Origin: an uncultured Methanoregulaceae archaeon
Lineage (GTDB): Archaea; Halobacteriota; Methanomicrobia; Methanomicrobiales; Methanospirillaceae
DNA: 64,000 bases
Reading direction: 5' to 3'
NCBI GenBank assembly: GCA_963701095.1
Contig: OY969564.1
Location: 2,240,001 to 2,304,000 of the forward strand
The notes below the pieces were generated by a model. It did no database searches, was not told the origin of the DNA, and worked only from the letters and a program-made list of their open reading frames with translations. Every line of letters starts with the position of its first letter. Positions within the stretch are counted from its first letter, which is position 1. This document shows, piece by piece, positions 48,871 to 59,553 of this stretch. The position numbers and the translations under genes were made by a program.

Positions 48871-49710
48871 ATGGGCCTTGCAGGATTTTTTACCATTACC
48901 CGGCCGGCAAACGCGATTGTTGCCGGGCTTGCGGCGGCTGTCGCTTACCTTATTGCTACCGGGACCCTGGTGTATGGTGTTGTCCTGCTTATGGCTGTGG
49001 TTATTCTTGTCACTGCAGCAGGGAATGTCATCAACGATTATTTCGATGCTGATATTGACGCAGTTAACCGCCCGAAACGCCCTATCCCGGCAGGTGCTGT
49101 CAGGAGACAACAGGCACTTGCATATGCCGGGACCCTCTTTTTTCTTGGTCTGGTTGTCAGCTGGTTCACGACACCACTCTGCCTGGGGATTGCCCTTTTC
49201 AACGCCCTTTTGCTTGTCGCGTACGCATACCGGCTTAAAAGTACACCTTTTTTCGGGAATGTTGCCGTCTCCTATCTTGCGGCAAGCATCTTCCTTTTTG
49301 GCGGGGCGTTTGCCGGGTGGGAACGGCTTGTGGTTATGCTTCCCATTGCTGCTATCACGTTCCTTGCGATGCTTGCCCGTGAACTTTTAAAGGATGCTGA
49401 AGATATTGAAGGAGATAAAGCCGGGGGTGCAGACACCCTTCCCATCCGGATCGGCGTACCAAAAACCGCAATCCTCGCTTTTGCCTGTGCCATCGCGGCA
49501 GTTGTGGCAAGTTTTCTTCCTTACCGGTGGTGGGGCTGCTGGTATCTTTTTGGGATACTGCTTGTTGATATTATTATTCTTGCAGCGGCTGGAAAGGCAC
49601 TTGGCTGTAAAGATCCCGAAAGCCTGACAGCGTCTGGTTCAACTACCCTGCTGAAGCTTGGTATGTTTGCCTCCCTTGTGGTCTTCACGGTCTCTGCGGT
49701 ACTGCTGTAA
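48871..49710 (+). CDS. Digeranylgeranylglyceryl-phosphate (DGGGP) synthase, UbiA family
   Basis: GNVINDYFDADIDAVNRP.RPIP, ARELLKDAEDIEGD. Confidence 0.92.
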   Translation: MGLAGFFTITRPANAIVAGLAAAVAYLIATGTLVYGVVLLMAVVILVTAAGNVINDYFDADIDAVNRPKRPIPAGAVRRQQALAYAGTLFFLGLVVSWFTTPLCLGIALFNALLLVAYAYRLKSTPFFGNVAVSYLAASIFLFGGAFAGWERLVVMLPIAAITFLAMLARELLKDAEDIEGDKAGGADTLPIRIGVPKTAILAFACAIAAVVASFLPYRWWGCWYLFGILLVDIIILAAAGKALGCKDPESLTASGSTTLLKLGMFASLVVFTVSAVLL

Positions 49711-49777
49711 AAGAGGTCCATCCTGTTGACAACAACATTTATGCACTAGGTCGTGCCTCATTTACCTTGATACGAAT

Positions 49778-50191
49778 ATGGCAGACGTCATCCGGAAAGG
49801 CAGCACGTTTTATGCACCGAAAGGAGCGTATTACGAAGGCAATGTCAGGATTGACGGCGATTTTATCGTGCCTGCCCGGACTCATTTCTGGGGCCGGCTT
49901 GTAGTCACCGGGAAGCTTGAACTGGGCATGAAATCGAGTGTTGCACTTGACGTTGCCTGCGGGAGTGCCATTATCGGGACCCATGCGAGGATTAAGGGGC
50001 CGCTTGTGGCGACCGGGGATGTTACCCTTCTTGATCATTGTGTGGTCTACAGGGTAACTGCAGGAGGTAAGGTGATTATCCGGCCCGATGTTCATGTCGG
50101 CGACGTGACTAGTGCTGATGCCATTGTCGTCCACGGTAAGATAAAAAGCGGGAAGTTAACCGGAAAAAGTATGAAGGTCCTCGGGAACTGA
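49778..50191 (+). CDS. Beta-helix protein, polymer-forming cytoskeletal (bactofilin-like) family
   Basis: Repeated G.V...G beta-coil units. Confidence 0.65.
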   Translation: MADVIRKGSTFYAPKGAYYEGNVRIDGDFIVPARTHFWGRLVVTGKLELGMKSSVALDVACGSAIIGTHARIKGPLVATGDVTLLDHCVVYRVTAGGKVIIRPDVHVGDVTSADAIVVHGKIKSGKLTGKSMKVLGN

Positions 50192-50866
50192 CGCCGGATC
50201 AAGTCCCAGCACCGCCACATCGTAGATATCCTGCCAGTTAACGAGCGTCTCGACGCATCCCTCCTTTATGGTTACGACGCCCATAGAGATAAGGCCGATT
50301 TTATCAGCCATGTCAATCCCTTCTTTTACTTCGGTCAGGCAGCCAACGCCGACTATCGCTTTTGGATGGTATTTTTTGACCATCCGTTTGATGAACGAGG
50401 AACCGGGGATAACAAAGATACGGTAGCCCAGTTTTTCTAAGAGAATCTTGGCTTCTCCCACGGTGCACTGCCCGCAGTTTACGCATTTAAGCCCCTCCGG
50501 AGTCAGGTGTGCCGGGCATTTTGCAGACCGCAGGCATTGGGGAACAAAAATCGCGCGTTGTGCAAGTGGCACCAGAGAGAACGCATTCGCATTCATCGCA
50601 TTATGGATCTTGATAAAAAAGGTCAGCATCTCCCGGTCTTCAAGACCGACCAGCCGGAAGAATGCTTTCATGAATCCTTCGAGAAAAACTTTGCCTGCCT
50701 TGATGAGCCGGGGGAAATAGAGGTGCCCTTTCCTGATAGAGTACAGGGATATAACCACAAGGACAAACGATACGAGGACCGCGCCAATGATAAATAGGAT
50801 CGTCACTTCACCGATGAGGTACATCAGGCTATGAAACGGGCTGAGATCGATATCCGGGAACGTCAT
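50156..50866 (-). CDS. DUF116 family protein
   Basis: PQCLR...CPA...G..C..CG.C, PGSSF, GVGC, GC..T. Confidence 0.85.
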   Translation of the reverse strand: MTFPDIDLSPFHSLMYLIGEVTILFIIGAVLVSFVLVVISLYSIRKGHLYFPRLIKAGKVFLEGFMKAFFRLVGLEDREMLTFFIKIHNAMNANAFSLVPLAQRAIFVPQCLRSAKCPAHLTPEGLKCVNCGQCTVGEAKILLEKLGYRIFVIPGSSFIKRMVKKYHPKAIVGVGCLTEVKEGIDMADKIGLISMGVVTIKEGCVETLVNWQDIYDVAVLGLDPASVPEDLHTFSG

Positions 50867-51924
50867 TTCAGGTAACCTTTATCCTTGGATCCTGTGCGGG
50901 ATAAGATTGCGCTGATATCAAATGGCGGCCGGACAATACCGTGTTCGGTAATAATCGCACTCACCAGGTCCATAGGTGTTGCATCGAACGCAAAGTTCCT
51001 CACTGGTACACCATCCGGGATAATGGTATGGTCTCCAAATACTGCGAGCTCATCACGTCCCCGTTCCTCGATCGTTACTTCCCACTCACTGCGAAGAGCA
51101 TCAAACGTGGAGAGCGGGGCTGCCACGTAAAACGGGATGCAATGGTGGCGGGCACAGACTGCATGCATGTACGTCCCGATCTTGTTAAAAATGGCATCGC
51201 CAGTGATACGGTCGGCGCCGACAATGACGGCATCGATAGTAGTGGTCCGCATCATATGGGCTGCCATGGAATCGGAAATAACCGTAACATCTATATCGTC
51301 CCGGGCAAGTTCCCATGCAGTAAGCCGAGCGCCCTGCAGGAGAGGCCTGGTTTCACAGGCAATCACCTGTACCTTTTTTCCTGCCTCAACAGCAGACCGT
51401 ATTACCCCCAATGCTGTCCCCCAGGAAGAACAGGCAAGTGCACCTGCATTGCAGTGCGTAAGGATCGTGCACCGGTCAGGAAGGAGGGCTGCGCCGTATG
51501 TGCCTATAGCATGGCAGCACCGGGTATCCTCGTTAGCAATTACTTGGGCCTCGGCAAGAGCAGCAGCCCGGGCCGATATGATATTGGTCTCTTTAAGTAC
51601 CCGGTTAAGCACCCGGTCAATGCCCCAGCTCAGGTTGACCGCTGTTGGCCTGCTCGTCCGGATACGTCCCGCCTCATCTTTTACAGTCTGTACAAACACC
51701 TCAAACGTTGGTCCGGTGCAGGTTGCGGCAGCAAGGGCAACGCCGTATCCCCCGGCAACGCCAAGTGCCGGGGCTCCCCGGATTTCCAGTCTCTGGATAG
51801 AGGCGATCAGCCGGTCGACAGTAGTACATAACTCAACAGAAAATGTTCCAGGAAGCCGGGTCTGGTCGATATACCTGATGCCGCTTAGAGTCTCATCCCA
51901 CCAGAGCGTTAACGTCTCCTTCAC
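50863..51924 (-). CDS. mtnA: S-methyl-5-thioribose-1-phosphate isomerase (eIF2B-alpha/MtnA family)
   Basis: IDQTRLP, IRGAPA, RPTAVNL, LTHCNAGALA, ETRP.LQGARLT, GADRI, NKIGTY, AFDATP. Confidence 0.92.
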   Translation of the reverse strand: MKETLTLWWDETLSGIRYIDQTRLPGTFSVELCTTVDRLIASIQRLEIRGAPALGVAGGYGVALAAATCTGPTFEVFVQTVKDEAGRIRTSRPTAVNLSWGIDRVLNRVLKETNIISARAAALAEAQVIANEDTRCCHAIGTYGAALLPDRCTILTHCNAGALACSSWGTALGVIRSAVEAGKKVQVIACETRPLLQGARLTAWELARDDIDVTVISDSMAAHMMRTTTIDAVIVGADRITGDAIFNKIGTYMHAVCARHHCIPFYVAAPLSTFDALRSEWEVTIEERGRDELAVFGDHTIIPDGVPVRNFAFDATPMDLVSAIITEHGIVRPPFDISAILSRTGSKDKGYLK

Positions 51925-53213
51925 CGGGATCGACCCCGCGCTTTTGCTTTTTTTGAACTGACAAAAGCCCGCATCGCTGCCGACTCCCCTGACGCTACAC
52001 TATCTGGAATATCTTTTGGCGAGACTGCGGTCCCGGCCACATAGATACCCGGCAGGATCGTCCCTATGGGATCCATGGCATCATGAGCCGACCGGAAGAA
52101 GCCGGTATCTTCACGCGTGATACCCAGCATATCCGCGAGTGCAGCGGTGGTGTCCACGGGCTGGATACCGACCGAGAGCACGACAAGGTCCGGACGGAGT
52201 ATCTCGATTGCGCCAGTTTCTGTATTCTCTATCTGGATACCGAGGCCGTTTGCATCTGCCCGTACATCAGATGGCATCCCCCGCAGGAACCGGACACCGG
52301 CAGATTTTGCCCGCTCGTAGTATTCCTCGTACCCTTTGCCGTATGCCCTGACGTCCATGTACAAAATGGTGACCGCGATTGATGGATGCTTTTCTTTTAT
52401 GAGCATCGCGTTCTTAATTGCCTGCATGCAGCAGACACAGGAACACCATGGCCGGCCAAGGGTCATATCCCGGGATCCCACGCACTGGATAAAGACAATG
52501 TGTTCAGGTTCCCGCCCGTCACTTAAACGCCGGATTTGTCCTCCTGTCGGCCCGCTTGCGTTTATCATCCGTTCCAGTTCGAGGCTCGTAACCACATCGG
52601 GGAATTTCAGGTACCCAAGAGGGCTTTTCTTCCGGGCATCAAACACATCGAACCCGGTAGCCACAACAACCGCTGAGGCATCAATAACGATCACTTTTTC
52701 TTTGTCCTCGCGAAGGATTGCCTGGGGCCCGCACACGTCATAGCAAAGTCCGCACTCGATACAATGTTCTGTATCCTTGACGACACGGTCCGGGACAGCC
52801 TGGGCGTGGGGCTTGTAAATTGCTTTACGGACACCAATCCCGGCATCAAACCGGTTGTAGACCTCAACTGGGCAGATCTGGATGCAATCACCACAGCCGT
52901 TGCAAGCCACCATATCGATATAGCGTGGGTGTTCGCGCACCGCGACCCGGAAATGTCCTTCCTTACCTTCGACACTCACAACCTCGGAAAGGGTATGGAT
53001 CCGGATGTTTTCATGGCGCTGGACATCCACCATTTTTGGCGAGAGAATACACATGGAACAATCGTTGGTAGGAAACGTCTTGTCAAGCTGCGCCATATGG
53101 CCGCCGATGGTCGGTTCGCGCTCAATGAGGTGGACGATACTGCCATGGTTTGCGAGATCCAACGCAGCCTGAATACCGGCTACACCGGCCCCGATGACAA
53201 CAACATCACCCAT
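51921..53213 (-). CDS. hdrA: Heterodisulfide reductase subunit A-like flavoprotein, short form (about 430 aa)
   Basis: GAGVAG, GGHMAQLDKTFPTNDCSMC, two ferredoxin motifs, QCVGSRD...CS.VCC, PKDIPDSV. Confidence 0.9.
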   Translation of the reverse strand: MGDVVVIGAGVAGIQAALDLANHGSIVHLIEREPTIGGHMAQLDKTFPTNDCSMCILSPKMVDVQRHENIRIHTLSEVVSVEGKEGHFRVAVREHPRYIDMVACNGCGDCIQICPVEVYNRFDAGIGVRKAIYKPHAQAVPDRVVKDTEHCIECGLCYDVCGPQAILREDKEKVIVIDASAVVVATGFDVFDARKKSPLGYLKFPDVVTSLELERMINASGPTGGQIRRLSDGREPEHIVFIQCVGSRDMTLGRPWCSCVCCMQAIKNAMLIKEKHPSIAVTILYMDVRAYGKGYEEYYERAKSAGVRFLRGMPSDVRADANGLGIQIENTETGAIEILRPDLVVLSVGIQPVDTTAALADMLGITREDTGFFRSAHDAMDPIGTILPGIYVAGTAVSPKDIPDSVASGESAAMRAFVSSKKAKARGRSR

Positions 53214-53700
53214 GGATATAGTCCCTGGCAAGTCTGACGTATGACTGCGCATTTTCGACGATATGGTCCCGTTGGATCTCGGTCGTCTCTTTGATTACTT
53301 TTCCCGGAACACCGAGCACGAGTGAACCCGCCGGTACCTGCATGCCCTCGGTAACAACCGCTCCAGCGCCGATAATGGAATATTCGCCGACTGTTGCACC
53401 GTTTAACACAATCGCCCCCATGCCAATAAGTACCCGGTCCCCGATGGTGCACCCATGAAGGATTGCCCCGTGGCCTATAGATACATCGCACCCGACTGTT
53501 GTCGGAAATCCGGCACTGGTATGGACGACGCAGTTATCCTGGATATTCGACCGGTCACCAATGACGATCCGGTCTTTGTCGGCCCGGATGACCGCGCCAA
53601 ACCATATCCCGACATCCTTGCCAACGGTTATTTTGCCAATCACCGTCGCGTTGGGTGCACACCAGAGAGGTGTACCCGCGATCTTCGCATCCATACCCAT
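53206..53700 (-). CDS. Gamma-class carbonic anhydrase family protein (hexapeptide repeats)
   Basis: IWFGAVIRAD, SNIQDNCVVH, GHGAILHG, GMGA; start 53700 or 53694. Confidence 0.9.
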   Translation of the reverse strand: MGMDAKIAGTPLWCAPNATVIGKITVGKDVGIWFGAVIRADKDRIVIGDRSNIQDNCVVHTSAGFPTTVGCDVSIGHGAILHGCTIGDRVLIGMGAIVLNGATVGEYSIIGAGAVVTEGMQVPAGSLVLGVPGKVIKETTEIQRDHIVENAQSYVRLARDYIHG

Positions 53701-53730
53701 AATACCATAGGAACTTAACGTACAGACAGT

Positions 53731-54228
53731 ATGAAGGTTATGGTAGGGGGCACTTTCGATCCCCTGCACGACGGACATAAACGCCTTTTGACCCGGTCGT
53801 TCGAACTTGCCGGACCCGAAGGTCAGGTCGTCATCGGGCTTACGACCGACTCGTTTGCAAGCCGAAAAACCCATCCGATCCACCCGTTTGCCGAGCGTGA
53901 AGCCGATCTTGAAAAGTTCATAACGGGGGCTATCTCAACCCATGCCCTCCAGAAAAAGTATGCCACTCGCTGGGAAATTGAGCCTCTTGGTGACCGTTAC
54001 GGTTCGGCACTGGATACCGATTTTGATGCTATTGTTGTATCTGAGGAAACCCTGCCGGTCGCAGTAGAGATAAACAAGTTGCGGCGTGAACGAAAGCTAC
54101 GTAAAGTTGATATTCACCAGATTACGTGCGTGCTGGCCGAAGATGGTCGTTGGATTTCCTCAACCAGGATCTGGCGTGGCGAGATCGATATCCACGGTCA
54201 CTTGATCCAAACACATTCGCATGTATAA
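53731..54228 (+). CDS. coaD: Phosphopantetheine adenylyltransferase (archaeal type)
   Basis: VGGTFDPLHDGH, IVVSEET, IN..R, ISSTRI..GEID. Confidence 0.92.
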   Translation: MKVMVGGTFDPLHDGHKRLLTRSFELAGPEGQVVIGLTTDSFASRKTHPIHPFAEREADLEKFITGAISTHALQKKYATRWEIEPLGDRYGSALDTDFDAIVVSEETLPVAVEINKLRRERKLRKVDIHQITCVLAEDGRWISSTRIWRGEIDIHGHLIQTHSHV

Positions 54229-54238
54229 AGAGGCCTGG

Positions 54239-54729
54239 TTATATGATGAAACTGGTGAGGTCTTTGGTAATGACGGAATCACAGTAAATACAACGGAGAC
54301 CTTTCCCGTCAGGGAGCACTGCAAACCTGCTACGAATCGGTTCGTTGGTCCGGGTGATACAGCCGGGATTTGGACATCGTACGCTTCCGACGATCAGCGT
54401 AGGAATTTCGACACCCTTCTTTTCGCAGACTTTATAGTTCCTGACAATGTTGATAGTTGCCCGGGGCGAGATAAGTGCAATACGGTCGACCTCTTCTTTG
54501 GAAAGCTCACGGTCGGAAATCTTGACAATATCCTTCATACCCATGTTCTTACTGGGGACATTGGTCGCTATTGTAAGCGCTTCTGTGGTTGTCCCGACAA
54601 TGCCAAGAATCTTTACAACGTTAAGTGCTTCGCCACCGTCGATGTGATCTATCACGGTCCCGTTCTTGATACGCCGGACAAGAAGACCTTCTCCATCCTC
54701 ATTGTTGGTGTCGGGAGACGCTAAGTGTT

Positions 54730-54733
<4 letters not shown>
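54239..54733 (-). CDS. pyrI: Aspartate carbamoyltransferase regulatory chain
   Basis: IKNGTVIDHI, KDIVKI, ATINI, CPNPGCIT, C.YC. Confidence 0.95.
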
Positions 54734-55624
<891 letters not shown>

Positions 55625-55794
55625 GGCAACTCCTCCCGCGCGGTGTTTCCTTCAGGATCATATGAACGTTCCGCCCTAATGTACCTATCTTCATTTTTTC
55701 CCTACACAAAAGATAGCACGACAGCAATGATATTATCGGATTGTATCTATTAACTTTGAAAGGCGTTTTGTTTTTAAAGGGGAATGAAAAAAGC

Positions 55795-56886
55795 ATGCAG
55801 ATACCAATAGCGCGGCCGGTAATTGGCCCGGATGAGGTGGCGGCAGTATCGGATGTTTTGAAGTCCGGAATGCTCGCACAAGGCGATAAAGTTGCAGAAT
55901 TCGAGCAGAAATTTGCCACGTACTGTGGCACCGCACAAGCTGTCGCTGTCAGCAACGGTACCACTGCACTCCATGCCGCCCTTCTGGCATGCGATATCGG
56001 TCCCGGCGATGAAGTAATTGTTCCTGCATTTTCATTTATTGCTACTGCCACCGCCGTTTCGATGTGCGGTGCAAAACCTGTTTTTGCCGATGTAGACGAG
56101 CAGACTTTCAATATCCGACCGGATCAGGTAAATGAACGTAGAACGTCAAAGACAAAGGCAGTCATAGGTGTCCATCTTTTCGGCCAGCCGTTCGATGTCG
56201 ATTCCATCCAGGAAATCTGCGAGGAGCATAACCTTGTCCTTTTAGAGGACGCAGCACAAGCTCATGGGGCCCAGTACCATGGTGTCAAAGTAGGTAATTT
56301 CGGCAAAGCCGGGTGTTTCTCGTTCTATGCCACTAAAAATATGATCACCGGGGAGGGTGGGATGATTACCACCAGCGACAAACCGACTGCTGACCGGCTC
56401 AGACTCCTCATCAACCACGGCCAAAGCGAGAAATACCTTCACACCGTGCTTGGTTATAATTACCGGATGACTGATATTGCCGCGGCTATCGGTATTGTGC
56501 AGCTTAAAAAACTGGACAAATTCAATCAGCGCCGGAGAAAAAACGCAGATTACTATGCGGCGAACCTTACGGCAAAAGGCCTTAAAAAACCCGTGGTTTC
56601 TGACAATGTTACGCATGTATACCATCAGTACGTCGTCCGGCTCACTGATGAGTTCCCTCTTTCGCGGACCGCGTTTATGGACTATCTTAAAGGAAAAGGT
56701 ATCGGATCGGCAGTGCACTACCCCATTCCGATCCACCGGCAACCCCTATATGCACCGGTAGCAGAACCAGATCCCTGCCCGGTGGCTACTCAGCTTTCTT
56801 CATCGGTGCTCTCATTGCCGGTACACCCGTCACTTGATACAAAAGATCTTGCATATGTCTGCGAAACCGTAAATAAGGTGAAATAA
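55795..56886 (+). CDS. DegT/DnrJ/EryC1/StrS PLP-dependent sugar aminotransferase (WbpE-like)
   Basis: SNGTTALH, EDAAQAHG, FSFYATKNM.TGEGG, GYNYRM, VHYP.P.H. Confidence 0.93.
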   Translation: MQIPIARPVIGPDEVAAVSDVLKSGMLAQGDKVAEFEQKFATYCGTAQAVAVSNGTTALHAALLACDIGPGDEVIVPAFSFIATATAVSMCGAKPVFADVDEQTFNIRPDQVNERRTSKTKAVIGVHLFGQPFDVDSIQEICEEHNLVLLEDAAQAHGAQYHGVKVGNFGKAGCFSFYATKNMITGEGGMITTSDKPTADRLRLLINHGQSEKYLHTVLGYNYRMTDIAAAIGIVQLKKLDKFNQRRRKNADYYAANLTAKGLKKPVVSDNVTHVYHQYVVRLTDEFPLSRTAFMDYLKGKGIGSAVHYPIPIHRQPLYAPVAEPDPCPVATQLSSSVLSLPVHPSLDTKDLAYVCETVNKVK

Positions 56887-56887
56887 T

Positions 56888-57808
56888 ATGGATGTCGGGG
56901 TTATCGGCGTCGGTTCTATGGGAAGAAACCATGTCCGTGTCTACTCAGAACTCAAAAGTGTAGCTCATCTCGGGGTTTGCGATGTGAATATGCAGGCAGC
57001 TACCGATATAGGCACTCAACACGGTGCTACTGCATATAAGACGGTTGACGACCTGCTTAACCATGTGGATGCGGTAAGTGTTTGTGTGCCGACTCAATTC
57101 CATGCGGCAGTCGCCCGGCAGGTCTTCCTCGCTGGAAAACATGCTTTTATCGAAAAACCGATTTGTGCAACTGCTAAAGAGGCACAAACGCTCATGGCCT
57201 GTGCCCCGGCAGGTACCACTATAGGTGTTGGCCATATCGAGCGGTTTAATCCTATCGTTTCTGAGATAAAAAAGATCGTCACCAATCCTTTGTTCATCGA
57301 GATGAAACGGCACAACCCGGCGTCAGCCCGGGTCACGGGGAGTTCTGTCGTGGAAGACCTGATGATCCATGATATCGACATTATTCTTAACGCGTTTATG
57401 AAAACCCCAAGCAATGTCCATTCCGTTGGAAATGGTGACCTGTGCAGTGTGCTTATGGAGTGCGACGGTGTGCCGGTAGCGCTCTCGGCAAGCCGCAAAG
57501 CATCCAAGAAGATCCGTATGATCTATATTGAAGAAGAGGATTTCACCGTTGAAGGAGACTTCATGAGCCAGGAAGTGACGATTTATCGCAAACCCGGCCA
57601 GTACCAATTCGAAAATGAACGATATGTCCAGGAAAACATCATCGAAAAAGTAACTGTCAATAAAGTTGAACCTCTTAAAGTGGAGCTGGCGACGTTTATT
57701 TCCTGCGCTCAGAACCACCTGCAGTTCCCGGTCACCCCGGAACAGGCAATCCGTAACCTCGTCTTGAGCGAAGAAATTCAGGCGGGTTTCCTTCCCGGGG
57801 TAGTGTGA
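56888..57808 (+). CDS. Gfo/Idh/MocA oxidoreductase (WbpB-like)
   Basis: GVGSMG.NH, EKP, GHIERFNP, DLMIHDID. Confidence 0.9.
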   Translation: MDVGVIGVGSMGRNHVRVYSELKSVAHLGVCDVNMQAATDIGTQHGATAYKTVDDLLNHVDAVSVCVPTQFHAAVARQVFLAGKHAFIEKPICATAKEAQTLMACAPAGTTIGVGHIERFNPIVSEIKKIVTNPLFIEMKRHNPASARVTGSSVVEDLMIHDIDIILNAFMKTPSNVHSVGNGDLCSVLMECDGVPVALSASRKASKKIRMIYIEEEDFTVEGDFMSQEVTIYRKPGQYQFENERYVQENIIEKVTVNKVEPLKVELATFISCAQNHLQFPVTPEQAIRNLVLSEEIQAGFLPGVV

Positions 57809-59238
57809 TGACGCTTCAGGCGCAGATCGACAACCGCGGTCCCATAAAAAAGATTGGCGTTATCGGCATGGGATATGTCGGTATACCGGCAGCGGTACTT
57901 TTCGCCAACTCCCCGTATTTTTCTCACGTGTACGGGTTTCAGAGGGATTCACCCTCGTCGGGACATAAGATCGCGATGCTCAACCGGGGGGAAAGCCCGC
58001 TTAAAGGCGAGGAACCGGATCTTGAAGACCTCCTTGGAAAAGTGGTAAATGAAAAAAAGTTCGAATGTACAAGCGATTTTACTAAAATTGCCGGACTTGA
58101 CGCTGTTACCCTTTCCATCCAGACACCCTTTAAGAACAAGGAGGACCTTATCCCGGATTTCTCAGCTTTATATGAAGGTATCCGGAATGTGGGTCGCAAC
58201 CTCAGGCCGGGAATGCTTGTGGTTCTTGAATCCACCATCACCCCGGGAACAACAGCCGGCCCGGCTAGCGTTATGCTTGAAGAAGAATCCGGACTTGTTG
58301 CCGGTATCGATTTTGCTCTTGCTCATGCTCCTGAACGGGTGATGGTAGGCCGGCTGATCCGAAATATCAGAGAACATGACCGTGTTGTCGGAGGCATTGA
58401 TCCGGTGAGCACGGCCCGGGCGGTAGAATTGTATTCTCCTGTTCTTACTATCGGAAAAGTGATCCCGATGACAGCAACAGCGGCTGAGGTCACAAAAACA
58501 GCCGAGAACACGTTCCGGGATCTCCAGATCGCGGCGGCAAACCAGCTGGCCCTTTACTGCGAGGCAATGGGTATCAACTTTTACGATGTGAGGGCAGGTA
58601 TCGACAGCCTCAAAGGTGAAGGGATCACACGGGCAATGCTCTGGCCTGGCGCAGGAGTTGGCGGCCATTGTCTTACCAAAGACACCTACCATCTCGAACG
58701 CGGCGTACAACAGCTGGGTAACAGCGACCTCGATTACCCGGAACGACAGCCTTCGCTGTTTGTACTTGCACGTACCATCAACGATTTCATGCCCCGGCAT
58801 ATGGTCAGGCTCACAAAAGACGGTCTGGACCTTGCGAGTATTTCGGTAAAAGGAGCAAAAATTGCGCTCCTTGGATGGGCATTCCTTTCCAACTCTGATG
58901 ATACGAGAAACACCCCTTCAGAACCGTACCGTGACGCCATGATCGCAGCAGGAGCCACGGTTGCCGTCCATGATCCGTATGTGGATCATGCTCCGGGTAT
59001 ATCTTTGATGCCCTCGCTTGAAGAGACGATACGGGGTGCAGATGCTGTTGTCATCTTTGCCGGTCACCACCAATACCGTTCACTTGACCCTTGTGAAATT
59101 AAGACCCTTACCGGAAAAAAGCACCCGGTCATTGTGGATGGGAGAAATATGGTTGACCCCGAAGCCTTCATAGCAAATGGGTTTATCTACAGGGGGATAG
59201 GTCGCGGTGACAAAAACAACCACCCTGTAAGGAATTGA
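57805..59238 (+). CDS. UDP-N-acetylhexosamine/nucleotide-sugar 6-dehydrogenase (WbpA/WecC-like)
   Basis: GMGYVG, ESTITPG, PER, K.AENTFRD, GVGGHCL.KD, D.RNTP. Confidence 0.92.
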   Translation: MMTLQAQIDNRGPIKKIGVIGMGYVGIPAAVLFANSPYFSHVYGFQRDSPSSGHKIAMLNRGESPLKGEEPDLEDLLGKVVNEKKFECTSDFTKIAGLDAVTLSIQTPFKNKEDLIPDFSALYEGIRNVGRNLRPGMLVVLESTITPGTTAGPASVMLEEESGLVAGIDFALAHAPERVMVGRLIRNIREHDRVVGGIDPVSTARAVELYSPVLTIGKVIPMTATAAEVTKTAENTFRDLQIAAANQLALYCEAMGINFYDVRAGIDSLKGEGITRAMLWPGAGVGGHCLTKDTYHLERGVQQLGNSDLDYPERQPSLFVLARTINDFMPRHMVRLTKDGLDLASISVKGAKIALLGWAFLSNSDDTRNTPSEPYRDAMIAAGATVAVHDPYVDHAPGISLMPSLEETIRGADAVVIFAGHHQYRSLDPCEIKTLTGKKHPVIVDGRNMVDPEAFIANGFIYRGIGRGDKNNHPVRN

Positions 59239-59261
59239 CGCAATTGAAAAGATAGATGATG

Positions 59262-59350
59262 CCTAAAAGGAACGGGGGCTGTCTGCCTTGTATGGGGCTT
59301 TGGAGGAGGCTTGCCGGGAGAGGGTTTCCGGTGCGTCCCCGTTCCTTTCC
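59262..59350 (-). ncRNA. Candidate small structured RNA closed by a perfect 12-bp stem
   Basis: AAAGGAACGGGG (59266-59277) pairs with CCCCGTTCCTTT (59337-59348); minus-strand TATAAA about 25 nt upstream and TTTT at the 3' end. Confidence 0.4.
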
Positions 59351-59553
59351 GATAACATCTTATACAGACGTTTCTTTATAGCGTGCCTGTGCTTTCCCAG
59401 GCCTATTTTTTAGGTTAGTTCCATCAGTATATAAGGAAAAGGAACCGGGCAAAAACGAGGGCGTTTTTTTCCAACGTTATATCGGATTTGTTTACTAACC
59501 AAAATAAATCCGGAATCTATATGTTAGGGTTTGCTCCAACGTCTAACAAGACG

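Noticed and set aside
53701..53883. N-terminal extension of the gamma-CA ORF given in the ORF track
   Set aside because: Overlaps coaD on the opposite strand; family similarity begins at about 53700
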